Notes: generated by a model not told the origin, from the sequence alone. A stretch of DNA of 64,000 nt from Anaerolineae bacterium (GCA_022825675.1 JAJDWK010000096.1:11820-75819), one strand, 5' to 3'. Shown: positions 10,078 to 20,470, counted from the first letter of the stretch. Numbers and translations: made by a program.

Positions 10078-11730
10078 CTAAACCTGAACTTCTGTCCCCG
10101 GCACGCTGACGGGCGACTTGCCGCTCGCCTCCGCTTGCCCCAACAACGCTTCCGCCGCCGCTCGCGCCGCGCAGGGACGAAAGCTGAAAGCGCAGACAAA
10201 CCCATGTACATCGGGGTATTCCGCCAGCTGATAAGGCTCGCATAAAGCGAGCACAAGCAGCCGTTCGCCGGCGCGGGCATAAAGAGCTCGCACAATCTCA
10301 ACCTGGCGCGAGCGGTCAAAATCCATGCCGGGCAAGGTGTAATTTTCGCTTACGGCGATAACTGCGCCTGCCGCCGGGATGACAGCGGCGGCGAAGTCTT
10401 CAGCGGCGATGACAAGCAGCTGCTGGCATTCGGCGCGCATGGCATCGGCAAAAACATCAAAAGCGGGCGCCGCCTGGTTGGGACCGATGCCGCGAGTTTT
10501 GGTCAAGACTTCGTAGGCGCTGCGCTCGGTCGTGTTGACAAGCGTGATAGGCGCGCCCGCATCCAGCGGCAGCAGGCGCTGCCGATCGCGAAGTATGCTG
10601 ATAGCGCGGCGGGCGACCGTCAGCTCGATTGCGCGATGCTCCTGCCCGCCAACTGACAGCGCCGTTGCTGGCAGCGGCTCAGTTGTCCAGCCGGCTTCGG
10701 TTTTCAAGCGCAATACGCGCCCGACCGCTTCGTCCAGCCGCGCCTGGCTTATGCGCCCGTCTTCTACCGCGCCTGTCACCGCGCGAATGAGAGCGCGCTG
10801 ATTCGCGAGGTACTGCCCGGCGTCATGGTCATAATGCTCTTCGGCGAGCATCATCAAATCGACGCCCGCGTTGATGCCCTGAATGGCGGCATCCGCCGCG
10901 GCATAATTGCGCTTCATCGAGTGCATATTCATGCTGTCAGAGACGACCAGCCCCTCAAAGCCGAGCTCGCCGCGCAGCAAACCCTTCAAAATTGTGGGCG
11001 ATAGCGTGGCGGGACGGGCGGGGTCAAGCGCGCTGAAGATGATATGCGAGGTCATGACAATTTTGGCGCCAGCCTCAATGCCAGCGGCGAAAGGGCGCAG
11101 GTCAATGCGCCGCAGGTCCTCGCGGCTGCGATTGACAGTGGGCAAGCCGCGATGGCTATCAAGACGGGTATCGCCATGCCCGGGGAAATGTTTGAGCGCG
11201 GCGACGCTGCCGTTGTCTTGCAAGCCACGCGTGGCGGCGGCGGTCATCGCGGCGACCAATTCCGGCGCTTCGCCAAAAGCGCGCATGCCGATTATGGAAT
11301 TGAAAGGGTTGGAGTTGCAATCGGCGGCGGGACCCAAAATCACATTCAAGCCCACGGCGCTGGTCTCACGGGCGAGCACGCGGTACATCGCGTAGGCTTG
11401 CTCGGGGTCGCCAGTGGCGCCCAGCGCCAGATTGCCCGGTCCCATCGCGCTCTCCGCCGTCATCACCGACCAGGTGCCTTCCTGGTCCGCCCCCAGCAGC
11501 AGCGGGATGCCCAGCCGCGTCGCTTGCGCGAAGCCTTGCAGCTGGTTGCAGAGGCGGCGCGCGGCGGCGGCGGTCGGCACATTTTCATCGCTGATGTACG
11601 CGCCGCCGACGAGGTGCTCCTGCATCAATATGCGCGCTTCGTCAAGCTGGTTGCCGGCGAAAGCGAGCATGAAAAGCTGCCCCACTTTCTCCTCGACGCT
11701 CATGTTGACGATTGTGGCTTGTATTGTCAT
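10078..11730 (-). CDS. Glycoside hydrolase family 3 (beta-N-acetylhexosaminidase/beta-glucosidase-like)
   Basis: EEKVGQLFML..., KHFPGHGDTRLDSH, SDSMNM motifs of the GH3 N-terminal domain. Confidence 0.85.
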   Translation of the reverse strand: MTIQATIVNMSVEEKVGQLFMLAFAGNQLDEARILMQEHLVGGAYISDENVPTAAAARRLCNQLQGFAQATRLGIPLLLGADQEGTWSVMTAESAMGPGNLALGATGDPEQAYAMYRVLARETSAVGLNVILGPAADCNSNPFNSIIGMRAFGEAPELVAAMTAAATRGLQDNGSVAALKHFPGHGDTRLDSHRGLPTVNRSREDLRRIDLRPFAAGIEAGAKIVMTSHIIFSALDPARPATLSPTILKGLLRGELGFEGLVVSDSMNMHSMKRNYAAADAAIQGINAGVDLMMLAEEHYDHDAGQYLANQRALIRAVTGAVEDGRISQARLDEAVGRVLRLKTEAGWTTEPLPATALSVGGQEHRAIELTVARRAISILRDRQRLLPLDAGAPITLVNTTERSAYEVLTKTRGIGPNQAAPAFDVFADAMRAECQQLLVIAAEDFAAAVIPAAGAVIAVSENYTLPGMDFDRSRQVEIVRALYARAGERLLVLALCEPYQLAEYPDVHGFVCAFSFRPCAARAAAEALLGQAEASGKSPVSVPGTEVQV

Positions 11731-11750
11731 AGCGCGCTCCCATCACAGAC

Positions 11751-11844
11751 GAATATTCACCACAGAGACACTGAGGGCACAGAGATTTTCTTATATTTTC
11801 TCGGTGTATCTCGGTGTACTCGGTGGTAAATTCCCTGTTTAATC
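11751..11844 (-). repeat. CACCGAG-type palindromic intergenic repeat, copy R2 (inverted orientation)
   Basis: Its reverse complement, AACAGGGAATTTACCACCGAGTACACCGAGATACACCGAGAAAAT...CTCTGTGCCCTCAGTGTCTCTGTGGTGAATATTC, aligns with copy R5. Confidence 0.8.
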
Positions 11845-11898
11845 TCCGCTCCTGAAAATTCCAACCGCTTTGTTACACTCACTTCGGTGCTGAATCAC

Positions 11899-12825
11899 TC
11901 AGCCGCCGTGATAATAGACGCGCTTTGCCGAGCTGCGGAAGATGAGGAATGTCAGCACCAGTATCACCAGGAAGAGCAGCCATGCCATCGCCGAGGCGTA
12001 GCCCATCTTGAAATAGGCGAAGGCGTTATTAAACAGATAGAGAGAATAGAAGAGCGTCGAATCGCCAGGACCGCCTTCGGTGATGACATAGGCTTCCGTG
12101 AAATACTGGAAGGCGCCAATCAAGCCGACGATGGTGTTGAAGAGGATGATGGGGCTAATCATCGGCACGGTAACATGGCGGAACTTGCGCCACAGGCTGG
12201 CGCCATCCAAGGAGGCCACATCATAGAGCTCCTGCGGCACATCTTGCAGCGCGGCGAGATATATCAGCATCATCCAGCCGGTGCCCCACATGCTCATCAA
12301 AATCAGCGCCGGTTTCGCCCAGGCGGGGTCGGCAAACCAGCTGATAATCGGCAGCCCCAGCTCCGCCATTATCGCGCTGACGATGCCATATTGCGGGTGC
12401 AGCAGCCAAGTCCAGACGATGCTGGTGGCGACCAGCGGCAGGATGCTGGGCAGATAAAATATCGTGCGGAAGAGCGCCAAGCCGCGCACTTTTTGGTTGA
12501 GCAGAACTGCCAATGCCAGCGCCAGCGCGTTGCCCAGGGGCACGGCAAATACAACAAAATACAGGGTATTCTTCAAAGCGGTGATGAAAAGCGGGTCAAA
12601 AAAAAGCAGCCGCTCGTAATTTAACAAGCCGATGAATCGCGGCGATGAAATGGGCGAATAGCGCGTCAAGCTGTAATAGAAAGACGCGCCAATCGGGTAC
12701 ACATTAAACGCGAGGAAGCCGATTATCCAGGGCGATATGAAAAGCAAGCCCAGCGCAATCTTGCGCAGCTCGCGGCGGTTTCGCGGGGATAAAAGCGGCT
12801 GCGGTGGCTTTTTGACGGCGCTCAC
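11899..12825 (-). CDS. Carbohydrate ABC transporter permease (MalF-like)
   Basis: Six-TM binding-protein-dependent permease with an EAA-type loop (...AALQDVPQELYDVASLDGAS). Confidence 0.9.
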   Translation of the reverse strand: MSAVKKPPQPLLSPRNRRELRKIALGLLFISPWIIGFLAFNVYPIGASFYYSLTRYSPISSPRFIGLLNYERLLFFDPLFITALKNTLYFVVFAVPLGNALALALAVLLNQKVRGLALFRTIFYLPSILPLVATSIVWTWLLHPQYGIVSAIMAELGLPIISWFADPAWAKPALILMSMWGTGWMMLIYLAALQDVPQELYDVASLDGASLWRKFRHVTVPMISPIILFNTIVGLIGAFQYFTEAYVITEGGPGDSTLFYSLYLFNNAFAYFKMGYASAMAWLLFLVILVLTFLIFRSSAKRVYYHGG

Positions 12826-12828
12826 TGC

Positions 12829-13677
12829 CTAGCCTTTCAACCCGGTGAGCGAGATGCCCTGGATGAAGACGCCCTGCATGAAGAAAAAGATGATGATGAT
12901 TGGCACAACCGCCATTGTCGACGCCGCCATCAAAATGCTGAAATCGGTGATGCCCTGCGAATTGTGATAGAGCGCCAAGCCCAAGGACATCGGGTAGAGC
13001 GAGCGCTCGTTGAGGTAAATCAAGGGACCGATGAAGTCGTTCCAAGACCAGATGAATTGGAACAGGGCGACAGTCGCCAGGGCGGGCTTGCACAGCGGCA
13101 GGATGATGCGCGTCAGCAAAATCCACTCGGAGCCGCCATCGATGCGCGTCGCTTCCGACAGCTCCTTCGGGATGCCCAGCATAAATTGCCGCAGCATGAA
13201 GATGAAAAAGGGATGCCCAAAATAGGCGGGCACTATCAGCGGCAGCCAGGTGTTGACCCAGCCGATTTTGCTGAAGCTGACAAAAAGCGGGATCATCACC
13301 ACATGATAAGGCAGCATCAAGGTCGAGAGCACCAGCACAAAGATGACATCGCGCCCCTTCCAGTCAATGCGGGAAAAGCCATAGGCGATCAAACTGTTGG
13401 AGAGCAGCGCGCCCAGCACCGCCGCCACCGCGATTTGCAGCGAATTGCCCAAATATTGCAAGAAGGGCTGCTCTTCCAGCGCGTTGGGATAATTGTCAAA
13501 TTCCAGCGGGTTGGGCACCCATTTCGGCGGATCCAGCAGCAGTTGGTCGATGGGTTTTAGAGAAGTGGAAATCATCCAAAACAGCGGCAGGATAAAGGAA
13601 GCCGACAGGGCGAGCAGCAAGGCAAATGCCAAGGCATTGTTGAGATTGGCGCGCTTTATGCCGAGGTTTAGGCTCAT
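12829..13677 (-). CDS. Carbohydrate ABC transporter permease (MalG-like)
   Basis: ...LRQFMLGIPKELSEATRIDGGSEWILLTRIILPL... typical MalG-type EAA loop. Confidence 0.9.
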   Translation of the reverse strand: MSLNLGIKRANLNNALAFALLLALSASFILPLFWMISTSLKPIDQLLLDPPKWVPNPLEFDNYPNALEEQPFLQYLGNSLQIAVAAVLGALLSNSLIAYGFSRIDWKGRDVIFVLVLSTLMLPYHVVMIPLFVSFSKIGWVNTWLPLIVPAYFGHPFFIFMLRQFMLGIPKELSEATRIDGGSEWILLTRIILPLCKPALATVALFQFIWSWNDFIGPLIYLNERSLYPMSLGLALYHNSQGITDFSILMAASTMAVVPIIIIFFFMQGVFIQGISLTGLKG

Positions 13678-13816
13678 CGTTTATTGTGGTGGCTGGCGGG
13701 CGGCTGCCAGCGCCGCCCTATCTATGACTGCAAAGACTGCAAGGGCGCATGCTGCCGAGAGTATGCGCCCGCGAGCGTAAAGTTTCTGTGCTCGCAGGCG
13801 CGGCAAGTGGTGCAAC

Positions 13817-15193
13817 TTAGAACTGCCGATATTCGTTTTCGACGGCGGTCTGCACGGCGTCAAGCGCTTCTTGCGCCGATTTTTCCAAACGCAGCGCTTG
13901 GTCGATTTCCGCCTGCAGCCGGTCCATATAGAAGTTCGCCACCGGTATCATCGGCGTGGTCAAGCCGCGCGGGCTGCCCATGCTATCGAAGAAGGTGCGA
14001 TAGTCGGGATAATCTTCAAAGAGGGCGGCGATGCGCGGCACTTCCAACGCGGCGAGCGAGCCGGTGGTTGTGCTCGGCGTATCTTTCCAGGCGGCGACAG
14101 TCGCCATAACGCTGGCATCGGTGATGCCAGACCAGAACTTGGCGAATTCATAACCAGCGGCGGGGTTGGGCGCGCCCGTGGGGATGATTTGGTAGTTGCC
14201 CCAAATCCAGGTGCCCCCGCCGGTGCTGTCTTCTTCACCCGCGACTGGCGGCAAATGCGTGACGCCCCAGCGGAAGCCATCGGCGGCAAAGCGCTGGAAA
14301 TCCCCCAATTTCCAAGGACCGATAAGCTGCATCGAAAGCCGCTCGGAGACGAAGGGGTCCTGCGTGCCGCCGCGCTCGCCAGAAAGCCCGGATTGGAAGC
14401 GCTGCAGCCGCTCAACGCCATACTGTTCGCTGTAGCTCATCATCCATTCGAGCGCGCGCACATTATTCGGGTCATTGGCGGTGATGGCGTCCATCTCGGC
14501 ATCATAGAGTTTGCCGCCGAAGTTGCCCAGCCACGAGCGGGGGATGCCGCCGCCTTGACCCAGGTGCAGCAAACCCATGCGGTCATAGTTGCCGTCAGCG
14601 TCTTCTACTGTCAGCAGCGCCGCCATTTCGTCAAGCTCGGCAATCGTACGCGGTCCCACTTCCGGGTCCAAGCCGACTTCTTCAAAGTGGGCTTTGTTCC
14701 AGGCGAGGTCATAGACGCCGAAGCCGCTGGGCGTACCATACAGCGTACCATCCACGACGCCGCCATTGTACGCGGCGGGCGTCAAAAATGCTTCGAAAGC
14801 CTGCAACTCTTCGGGCCTGCCCAAGTCGGCATAAGGCGTGATGCCGCCCAGCGCCGCCAGCCCCGGCAACTCGTTGGAGCCGAAGAAGGTCGCGACATCC
14901 GGCGGGCTGCCCGAGGCGATAGCGGCGGTCAAACGGACAAGGAAATCGGCATAGGGCACAACCAGCGGCTCGACCCGTATCGCGTCCTGATGCTCGTGGA
15001 ATTGGTCAACGATGTCTTGCACATAATTTTCCCATTGTTCGGTCCAGCCATGCCAATAGGTGATGGTGACGGGGTCATCCTGGGCGATGACGCTGGCGAC
15101 CGGCAGTTGGCTCAGCGCGAGAGCACCAGTGCCGCCCGCCATCGCTTTCAGCATATCACGGCGCGATAAGCCGTTTTTCTTCGCTTGAGACAT
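13817..15193 (-). CDS. ABC transporter extracellular sugar-binding protein (family 1), Tat-type signal
   Basis: SRRDMLKAMAGGTGALAL twin-arginine leader; SBP_bac_1-like body. Confidence 0.9.
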   Translation of the reverse strand: MSQAKKNGLSRRDMLKAMAGGTGALALSQLPVASVIAQDDPVTITYWHGWTEQWENYVQDIVDQFHEHQDAIRVEPLVVPYADFLVRLTAAIASGSPPDVATFFGSNELPGLAALGGITPYADLGRPEELQAFEAFLTPAAYNGGVVDGTLYGTPSGFGVYDLAWNKAHFEEVGLDPEVGPRTIAELDEMAALLTVEDADGNYDRMGLLHLGQGGGIPRSWLGNFGGKLYDAEMDAITANDPNNVRALEWMMSYSEQYGVERLQRFQSGLSGERGGTQDPFVSERLSMQLIGPWKLGDFQRFAADGFRWGVTHLPPVAGEEDSTGGGTWIWGNYQIIPTGAPNPAAGYEFAKFWSGITDASVMATVAAWKDTPSTTTGSLAALEVPRIAALFEDYPDYRTFFDSMGSPRGLTTPMIPVANFYMDRLQAEIDQALRLEKSAQEALDAVQTAVENEYRQF

Positions 15194-15292
15194 GAGAAAT
15201 CTCCTGTTTTCTTATGTTATCTTCAGCAAAGGCAACGCTTTTCTCTTGCATACATTTCGGTGAATCACCTCCCCCTGGCGGCTGCGCCCAGC

Positions 15293-16204
15293 CTATTGGA
15301 AATCATCAAAAGACCAGTGATTGTTCCAACGAATGTCAATCTCTTCGCGCACCCGTTGATAGCGAATATCGGTCGAAAGGCGGATGCGATTGTCCGCCGA
15401 GACATTTGTGGTCGAAGCGTGGGTGGTGTACGCGCCATGCACGACCATATCGCCCGCTTCGTAATCCGCCATCAGCCAGCGCGCATCCAGGCGTTCGGCC
15501 AGGGATGGCAGGTCTTTGGTCAGCCAGCCGCCTTTGCCCATATTTTTGTTGTAGGCGCTGATGCGCTCCGCTGGCGGCAAATCGGCATTCATGGCGCTGA
15601 ACTCGGCTTCGGTGCGGCGGCCGAAATGGTGCGAGTTTTCCAGGTAGACCAAGCCGCCCTGCGTATGCGGGATATCGCCGATGGGTATCCAACTGGTGCA
15701 GACAGAATCCGTCCCGCCGCGCAAATACACCAGGTCATAATGGGCACCGGTGGAAACTGCCTCCCGCGGGCGGATGTGGCGGATGAGCTTGCGTTTGTGC
15801 AGGTAGACGGGACCTTCGAGGAAGGCTTCATAAAATTGCCAGATGGGCGCTGCCAGGCAGAAGGCTTCGTATGCCGCCCAGCGGTGCGTTTCCATTTGCA
15901 GCTTGCGTATCAGGTTTTTGTTTTCCTGTGCGCCGTCATATATGCCTTCGACCGGGTCGATGTCGCGGCGGACCATTCCCGTAGCGCGAAAAGCGTCAAA
16001 ATAGCGGCGGCGGAAGGCGAGCACGGCGTCACGGTCGAGCAGGTTCTTCAGCCAGAGGTAGCCCTGCTGCTGATATTGCGCTCGCAGCGCTACCATGGGC
16101 GCGCCGGGGTCAGACGGACACAGCCAGCCGAGGCGATTCGGCGCGGCGGAAAGGGTATAGCCGTTGCTGGTTAGGGCTTGCGGTATAATTGCTGTGTCTT
16201 GCAT
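15293..16204 (-). CDS. Phytanoyl-CoA dioxygenase (PhyH) family Fe(II)/2OG oxygenase
   Basis: ...YQQQGYLWLKNLLDRDAV...; HxD...H-type residues (AHYDLVY ... VVHGAYTTHAS). Confidence 0.75.
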   Translation of the reverse strand: MQDTAIIPQALTSNGYTLSAAPNRLGWLCPSDPGAPMVALRAQYQQQGYLWLKNLLDRDAVLAFRRRYFDAFRATGMVRRDIDPVEGIYDGAQENKNLIRKLQMETHRWAAYEAFCLAAPIWQFYEAFLEGPVYLHKRKLIRHIRPREAVSTGAHYDLVYLRGGTDSVCTSWIPIGDIPHTQGGLVYLENSHHFGRRTEAEFSAMNADLPPAERISAYNKNMGKGGWLTKDLPSLAERLDARWLMADYEAGDMVVHGAYTTHASTTNVSADNRIRLSTDIRYQRVREEIDIRWNNHWSFDDFQ

Positions 16205-16408
16205 GGAAACTTTACTTTGAGCTGCTGATTAAACAAATATACCGAGAGTGTCAGCGCGATGCAAATTAGACACTCCCCATATAGTTCCCAAAATTTGGCA
16301 CTGCCTCTATCAGATCAGCCCGCGATTGGATGTATCAGCCCGCGCGCTATCTGTATGGACACCTGCGCGGCGAAAAGTACCGCTGAATTTGACGAGATAA
16401 ACAGCGCA

Positions 16409-17476
16409 TCAATCCGCGCTCGGCATCAGCGAGAGATATTCCAGGAACTCTTCGTCCAAAGCGCAGATGAAATGCGCCAGCAAGCGCCCGCAGCGCTCAA
16501 TATCTTTGAGGTCCAGCGTCTCCACAGGCGAGTGCATATTACGCAGCGGGATGCTCAGCAGCGCGGTTGGCACACCCGCGCGTGAAACTTGAATTGCCCA
16601 GGCATCCGTGCCCGTGCGCGCCGGCATGATATCCGGCTGCCAGGCGATGTCGAAATACTCCGCCACCGCTTGCAGGCGCGCCACCATCTTGGGGTGGAAG
16701 TTGGCGCCGATGCCCAATTGCGGTCCGCCACCCAGCTTGCCAGCGCCAGTGCTCACGCCAGGCTGCTCGGCAAAGCCGACATCGAGGGCGACCGCGCAAT
16801 CGGGCGCGATGTGATTGGCGGCAGTGGTCGCGCCGCGCAAGCCCACTTCTTCCTGCACGGTTGCGACCGCGCAGACATCCCAAGCATGCGTCATCGTGCG
16901 CAGCAGCTCCAGACAAGTGGTGATGACGGCGATGCAGGCGCGGTCGTCCATGGCTTTGGCGGCGACGCGGCGTCCATCAAGCTCTATCAGCGGTCCTTCC
17001 ACCGTAACCAGATCGCCGACACGGACCAGACTTTGCACTTCCGCCGCTGGCAAGCCGAGATCCACCACCAGCGCCTCAATGCCCGGGTAACGGCGCGTCT
17101 CGCCAGCGCGCAGCATGTGGGGCGGTTTGCTGGCGATGACGCCGGGCAGCGCCCGCGCGCCATGCACCAGCACCGGCTGCGCCAGCATGACCCGCGGGTC
17201 GATGCCACTGACGCGATGCAGGTACACAAAGCCGCCTTCAATCGCCCGCACCATCAGCGCGATTTCGTCCATGTGCGCCGCCAGCATGATTTTGCGCCGC
17301 GGCACGGCTTTAGAGTTGCCGCGTTTGATGCCAATCAAACTGCCGAGGCGGTCGCTATCGAAGTCATCTACCAAATCCGCCCATTCTTCACGCAGCAGCG
17401 CCGCCACCGGCGCTTCATAGCCGCTGGGCGCATCGGTCTCGACCAAGCGTTTGAGGTGATCTTTGGGGTTGTACAT
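16409..17476 (-). CDS. M42 family aminopeptidase (FrvX/CelM-like)
   Basis: MYNPKDHLKRLVETDAPSGYEAPVAALLREEW...AHMDEIAL... Start moved to the internal ATG. Confidence 0.85.
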   Translation of the reverse strand: MYNPKDHLKRLVETDAPSGYEAPVAALLREEWADLVDDFDSDRLGSLIGIKRGNSKAVPRRKIMLAAHMDEIALMVRAIEGGFVYLHRVSGIDPRVMLAQPVLVHGARALPGVIASKPPHMLRAGETRRYPGIEALVVDLGLPAAEVQSLVRVGDLVTVEGPLIELDGRRVAAKAMDDRACIAVITTCLELLRTMTHAWDVCAVATVQEEVGLRGATTAANHIAPDCAVALDVGFAEQPGVSTGAGKLGGGPQLGIGANFHPKMVARLQAVAEYFDIAWQPDIMPARTGTDAWAIQVSRAGVPTALLSIPLRNMHSPVETLDLKDIERCGRLLAHFICALDEEFLEYLSLMPSAD

Positions 17477-17617
17477 AGCGGGCGCTCTCTGTTCTTGGCG
17501 GGCATCGGCAGGATTGTACCACAGCGCCCGCCGCCCGCGCTGATGAAAACAGCGGGGCGACACAAAGCATCGCCCCGGCAGATAGTCTTATGCTGCGCCT
17601 GCGCTTAAAGCAGCGGG

Positions 17618-18304
17618 CTAGCGCATGCCATCCACGCGCACGCCGGGACCCATGGTGGAGGTCAAAGTCAGGCGGCGGATATAAGCGCCCTTTTGAGACT
17701 CCGGCTTGACCGACTGCACCGTATCCAGCACCGCGCCCATATTCTCACTCAGCTGCTCATACGAGAAGCTGGCTTTGCCCACGGGGATATGCAGGTTGCC
17801 GGTGCGGTCGTTGCGGAATTCGACTCGGCCCGCCTTCAACTCGCTGATGACGCGCGGGATATCATCGGCTGGCACCACCGTGCCCGCTTTGGGGTTGGGC
17901 ATCAGCCCGCGCGGACCCAAGATACGGGCGATGGGACCCACTTTTCGCATCATCGGCGGCGTGGCGATGGTGGCGTCAAAACCCAGCCAGCCGTCATTGC
18001 GAATCTGGCTGATGACCTCATCGGTGCCGATGATATCAGCGCCAGCCGCCAGGGTCGATTCTTCCTGCCCTTCTTCCACAAATGCCAGGATGCGAATCGA
18101 TTTGCCGGTGCCATGCGGCAGCATCACCGTCGTGCGCACCTGTTGGTCGCTATGGCGCGGGTCAATGCCCAGGCGGAAATGCGCTTCGATCGTCTCGTCA
18201 AATTTTGCTTTGGCGTTGGCTTTGACCAACTGCAGCGCCTCTGGGAGCGGGTACTCTTTGCCCCTGTCAAAAGAGTGCAGCGCCGCTTTATATCGCTTGC
18301 CCAT
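17618..18304 (-). CDS. rplA: 50S ribosomal protein L1
   Basis: MGKRYKAALHSFDRGKEYPLPEALQLVKANAKAKFDETIEAHFRLGIDPRHSDQQVR. Confidence 0.95.
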   Translation of the reverse strand: MGKRYKAALHSFDRGKEYPLPEALQLVKANAKAKFDETIEAHFRLGIDPRHSDQQVRTTVMLPHGTGKSIRILAFVEEGQEESTLAAGADIIGTDEVISQIRNDGWLGFDATIATPPMMRKVGPIARILGPRGLMPNPKAGTVVPADDIPRVISELKAGRVEFRNDRTGNLHIPVGKASFSYEQLSENMGAVLDTVQSVKPESQKGAYIRRLTLTSTMGPGVRVDGMR

Positions 18305-18366
18305 TATTTCGTCTCCTCGTGGTACGCGGGCGTTTGCGCCCTCCCACAATCACATCACAGACCGCG

Positions 18367-18792
18367 CTATTGCTCGACGCGGATGCCCATTTGGCGGGCG
18401 GTGCCTTCAACCTGGCGCATGGCGCCTTCAATATCAATGGCGTTCATATCATTCATCTTGACTTGGGCGATCTCCCGCACCTGGTCGCGCTTGAGGGTGG
18501 CGACCGTCTCCGTCAGCGGGTTGGATGCCGCCTTTTTTAAGCCAGCCGCCCGCTTTATCAAGAAGGAAGTCGGCGGACTTTTGAGGGCGAACTTAAAAGA
18601 GCCGTCCGAAAATATGGTGATTTCCGCCGGCACAATATCGCCCATGCGGCTTGATGTGCGCCCGTTGTATTCTTTGCAGAATTGCATCAGGTTGATGCCG
18701 TGCTGCGCCAAAGCGGGCCCAATCGGCGGCGCGGGGTTGGCTTTGCCGGCTGGTATCTGCAATTTGACAATCGCTTTGATTTTCTTCGCCAT
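18367..18792 (-). CDS. rplK: 50S ribosomal protein L11
   Basis: [43 protein letters not shown]. Confidence 0.95.
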   Translation of the reverse strand: MAKKIKAIVKLQIPAGKANPAPPIGPALAQHGINLMQFCKEYNGRTSSRMGDIVPAEITIFSDGSFKFALKSPPTSFLIKRAAGLKKAASNPLTETVATLKRDQVREIAQVKMNDMNAIDIEGAMRQVEGTARQMGIRVEQ

Positions 18793-18883
18793 GATTTCCT
18801 CCAGGTTGCCGCCGCCCCGCTGCCGCAAACCCGGCAGGGGATATATGCTTATGCGCTACATGCCAGCTTGCTGAGGCGCGAAC

Positions 18884-19594
18884 TTACATCCGCTCCACTT
18901 CCATAAAACTGAGGGTGACCGCCGTCTCGCGCCCAAAGAAATCAACTAGAACCCGCACCTTCTCGCGCCCGGAATCGATAGTGGCGACTGTGCCCGGGAA
19001 GTCGTTGAAAGGACCGCCAACAATGCGGATGCGCTCGCCGATTTTGTAATCGACCTTGACCACCATGTCTTCCGATTCCATGCGGTCCATGATGCGTTTG
19101 ACTTCTTCGGGGCGCAGGGGGGTGGCTTGGATGCCAGCTTCGTGGTCCGCGCCGACAAAGCCGACAACGCCCGGCGTATTGCGCACCACCCACCAGGCGT
19201 CATCATGCAGGCGGTACTCTTCCTTATTCTCTTCCAGCTTGTCCTCGTCCAGGAACCAGCGCATCTGCACCATGACATAGCCGGGGAAGACACGCTTTTC
19301 TACTGTGCGGCGCTTGCCGTCTTTGACTTCGATTTCGTCTTCAGTCGGGATGAGCACATCAAAGATTTCGTCGCTCATGCCCATGCTCTCGATGCGGCTT
19401 TCCAGGGCGTTCTTGACCTTGGCTTCGTAGCCGGAATAGCAGTGGATGAAGAACCACTCACGCTCTTTTTCGACCTCGCCCGCTTCTTCTTCCGGCGCGA
19501 TGTTCACATCAGCGGCGTCTTCTCCGTCTTCGAGATAGACGGGGGCGGGGTCATAGTCGGTCAAGCTGAAGGTGTCGCGTATGCGTTCGCTCAT
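18884..19594 (-). CDS. nusG: Transcription termination/antitermination factor NusG (N-terminal acidic extension and NGN insertion)
   Basis: WFFIHCYSGYEAKVKNALESRI... NGN domain; C-terminal KOW (GERIRIVGGPFNDFPGTVATID). Conserved position after secE. Confidence 0.9.
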   Translation of the reverse strand: MSERIRDTFSLTDYDPAPVYLEDGEDAADVNIAPEEEAGEVEKEREWFFIHCYSGYEAKVKNALESRIESMGMSDEIFDVLIPTEDEIEVKDGKRRTVEKRVFPGYVMVQMRWFLDEDKLEENKEEYRLHDDAWWVVRNTPGVVGFVGADHEAGIQATPLRPEEVKRIMDRMESEDMVVKVDYKIGERIRIVGGPFNDFPGTVATIDSGREKVRVLVDFFGRETAVTLSFMEVERM

Positions 19595-19625
19595 CGTGCA
19601 TTTTGTCCAAACTAGGCGGCTGCGC

Positions 19626-20015
19626 CTAAATCGAGCCGCGGCGTATCATCGCGAAGGCGGCGCCCACCATCGCCACAACCACCGCCAGCAGCATCCAGGC
19701 GTTGCCGGGGTTTAAGCCGATGCGCATGAATTCGGACCAGACAACCGCCAGGAATCCCAGAAATAAGGCGGAGGCGATGGTCACATTGATGCAGAGGATC
19801 GTCAGGCGGCGGGTATCGTAGCGGCTGGGCCAAGCAACTTTGTTTAACTCGGAGCGCACATCGGAAAAATACTCCACTGTCATATACAGCGGACGGGTTA
19901 TGGCATTGCCTTGCGGCTCAGCTTTCGTTTTTTTGACCTTGCGCGTTCGCCGTCCGGGGGTCGCCTTACCTTTTTTTTCGGTAATCGCGCCCCTCGCGCC
20001 TTCTTCTACCGCCAT
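19626..20015 (-). CDS. secE: Preprotein translocase subunit SecE
   Basis: ...YFSDVRSELNKVAWPSRYDTRRLTILCINVTIASALFLGFL... plus position between tRNA-Trp and nusG. Confidence 0.8.
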   Translation of the reverse strand: MAVEEGARGAITEKKGKATPGRRTRKVKKTKAEPQGNAITRPLYMTVEYFSDVRSELNKVAWPSRYDTRRLTILCINVTIASALFLGFLAVVWSEFMRIGLNPGNAWMLLAVVVAMVGAAFAMIRRGSI

Positions 20016-20108
20016 GCGCGCTTACTCCTCACTGTCCTTTGAACGCCGCGTTTCCGCTTTTCAATTAGCGATTGCGCCTGAGCCTGCTGGCGGCGTCTTG
20101 CCTATCGA

Positions 20109-20181
20109 CAGGGGCAGGAGGGCTCGAACCCCCGACCTACGGTTTTGGAGACCGTCGCTCTACCAACTGAGCTATACCCCT
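20109..20181 (-). tRNA. tRNA-Trp (anticodon CCA)
   Basis: Hand-folded cloverleaf AGGGGTATAGCTCAGTTGGTAGAGCGACGGTCTCCAAAACCGTAGGTCGGGGGTTCGAGCCCTCCTGCCCCTG. Confidence 0.9.
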
Positions 20182-20220
20182 AAGCTGCTTCCATACTGTA
20201 CATCAATACGCGGGGAAAAT

Positions 20221-20382
20221 CTACTTGGTTTCTCGATAGAGAACATGCCGGCGCAGATAGGGGTCATACTTGCGCAACTGCAAGCGCCCCTGGGTATTGC
20301 GGCGGTTCTTCTCGGTGATGTAGATATGCCCGCTTTCTGTGCTGCGCATTTTGACGACAATGCGCTGCCCCCGCTTTGCCAT
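20221..20382 (-). CDS. rpmG: 50S ribosomal protein L33
   Basis: 53-aa ORF below the track cutoff: [66 protein letters not shown] upstream. Confidence 0.9.
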   Translation of the reverse strand: MAKRGQRIVVKMRSTESGHIYITEKNRRNTQGRLQLRKYDPYLRRHVLYRETK

Positions 20383-20470
20383 ACCCTTCCTCCTTATCCG
20401 CCAGCCTTTTCCTTATCCGCTATGCGGCGGGCGGCTGGCGCTCGTATTCCTATGCCGCGGTCCCGTCAAG

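Noticed and set aside
13871-15169. 432-aa plus-strand ORF, plus similar long antisense ORFs (e.g. 5170..5949, 7299..8168, 16589..17608, 17693..18874, 21935..22789, 29128..30291, 33531..34607, 41741..43054, 46474..47877, 48828..50321, 52582..53556, 53945..54955, 55819..56913, 59082..59930)
   Set aside because: Each one mirrors a well-supported gene on the opposite strand and has Arg/Ala/Gly/His-biased low-complexity translations. No SD or family motifs were seen.
20172-20360. 62-aa minus-strand ORF between tRNA-Trp and tRNA-Thr
   Set aside because: It is in the wrong frame. The same DNA in another frame encodes a canonical L33 (rpmG) with a strong SD.
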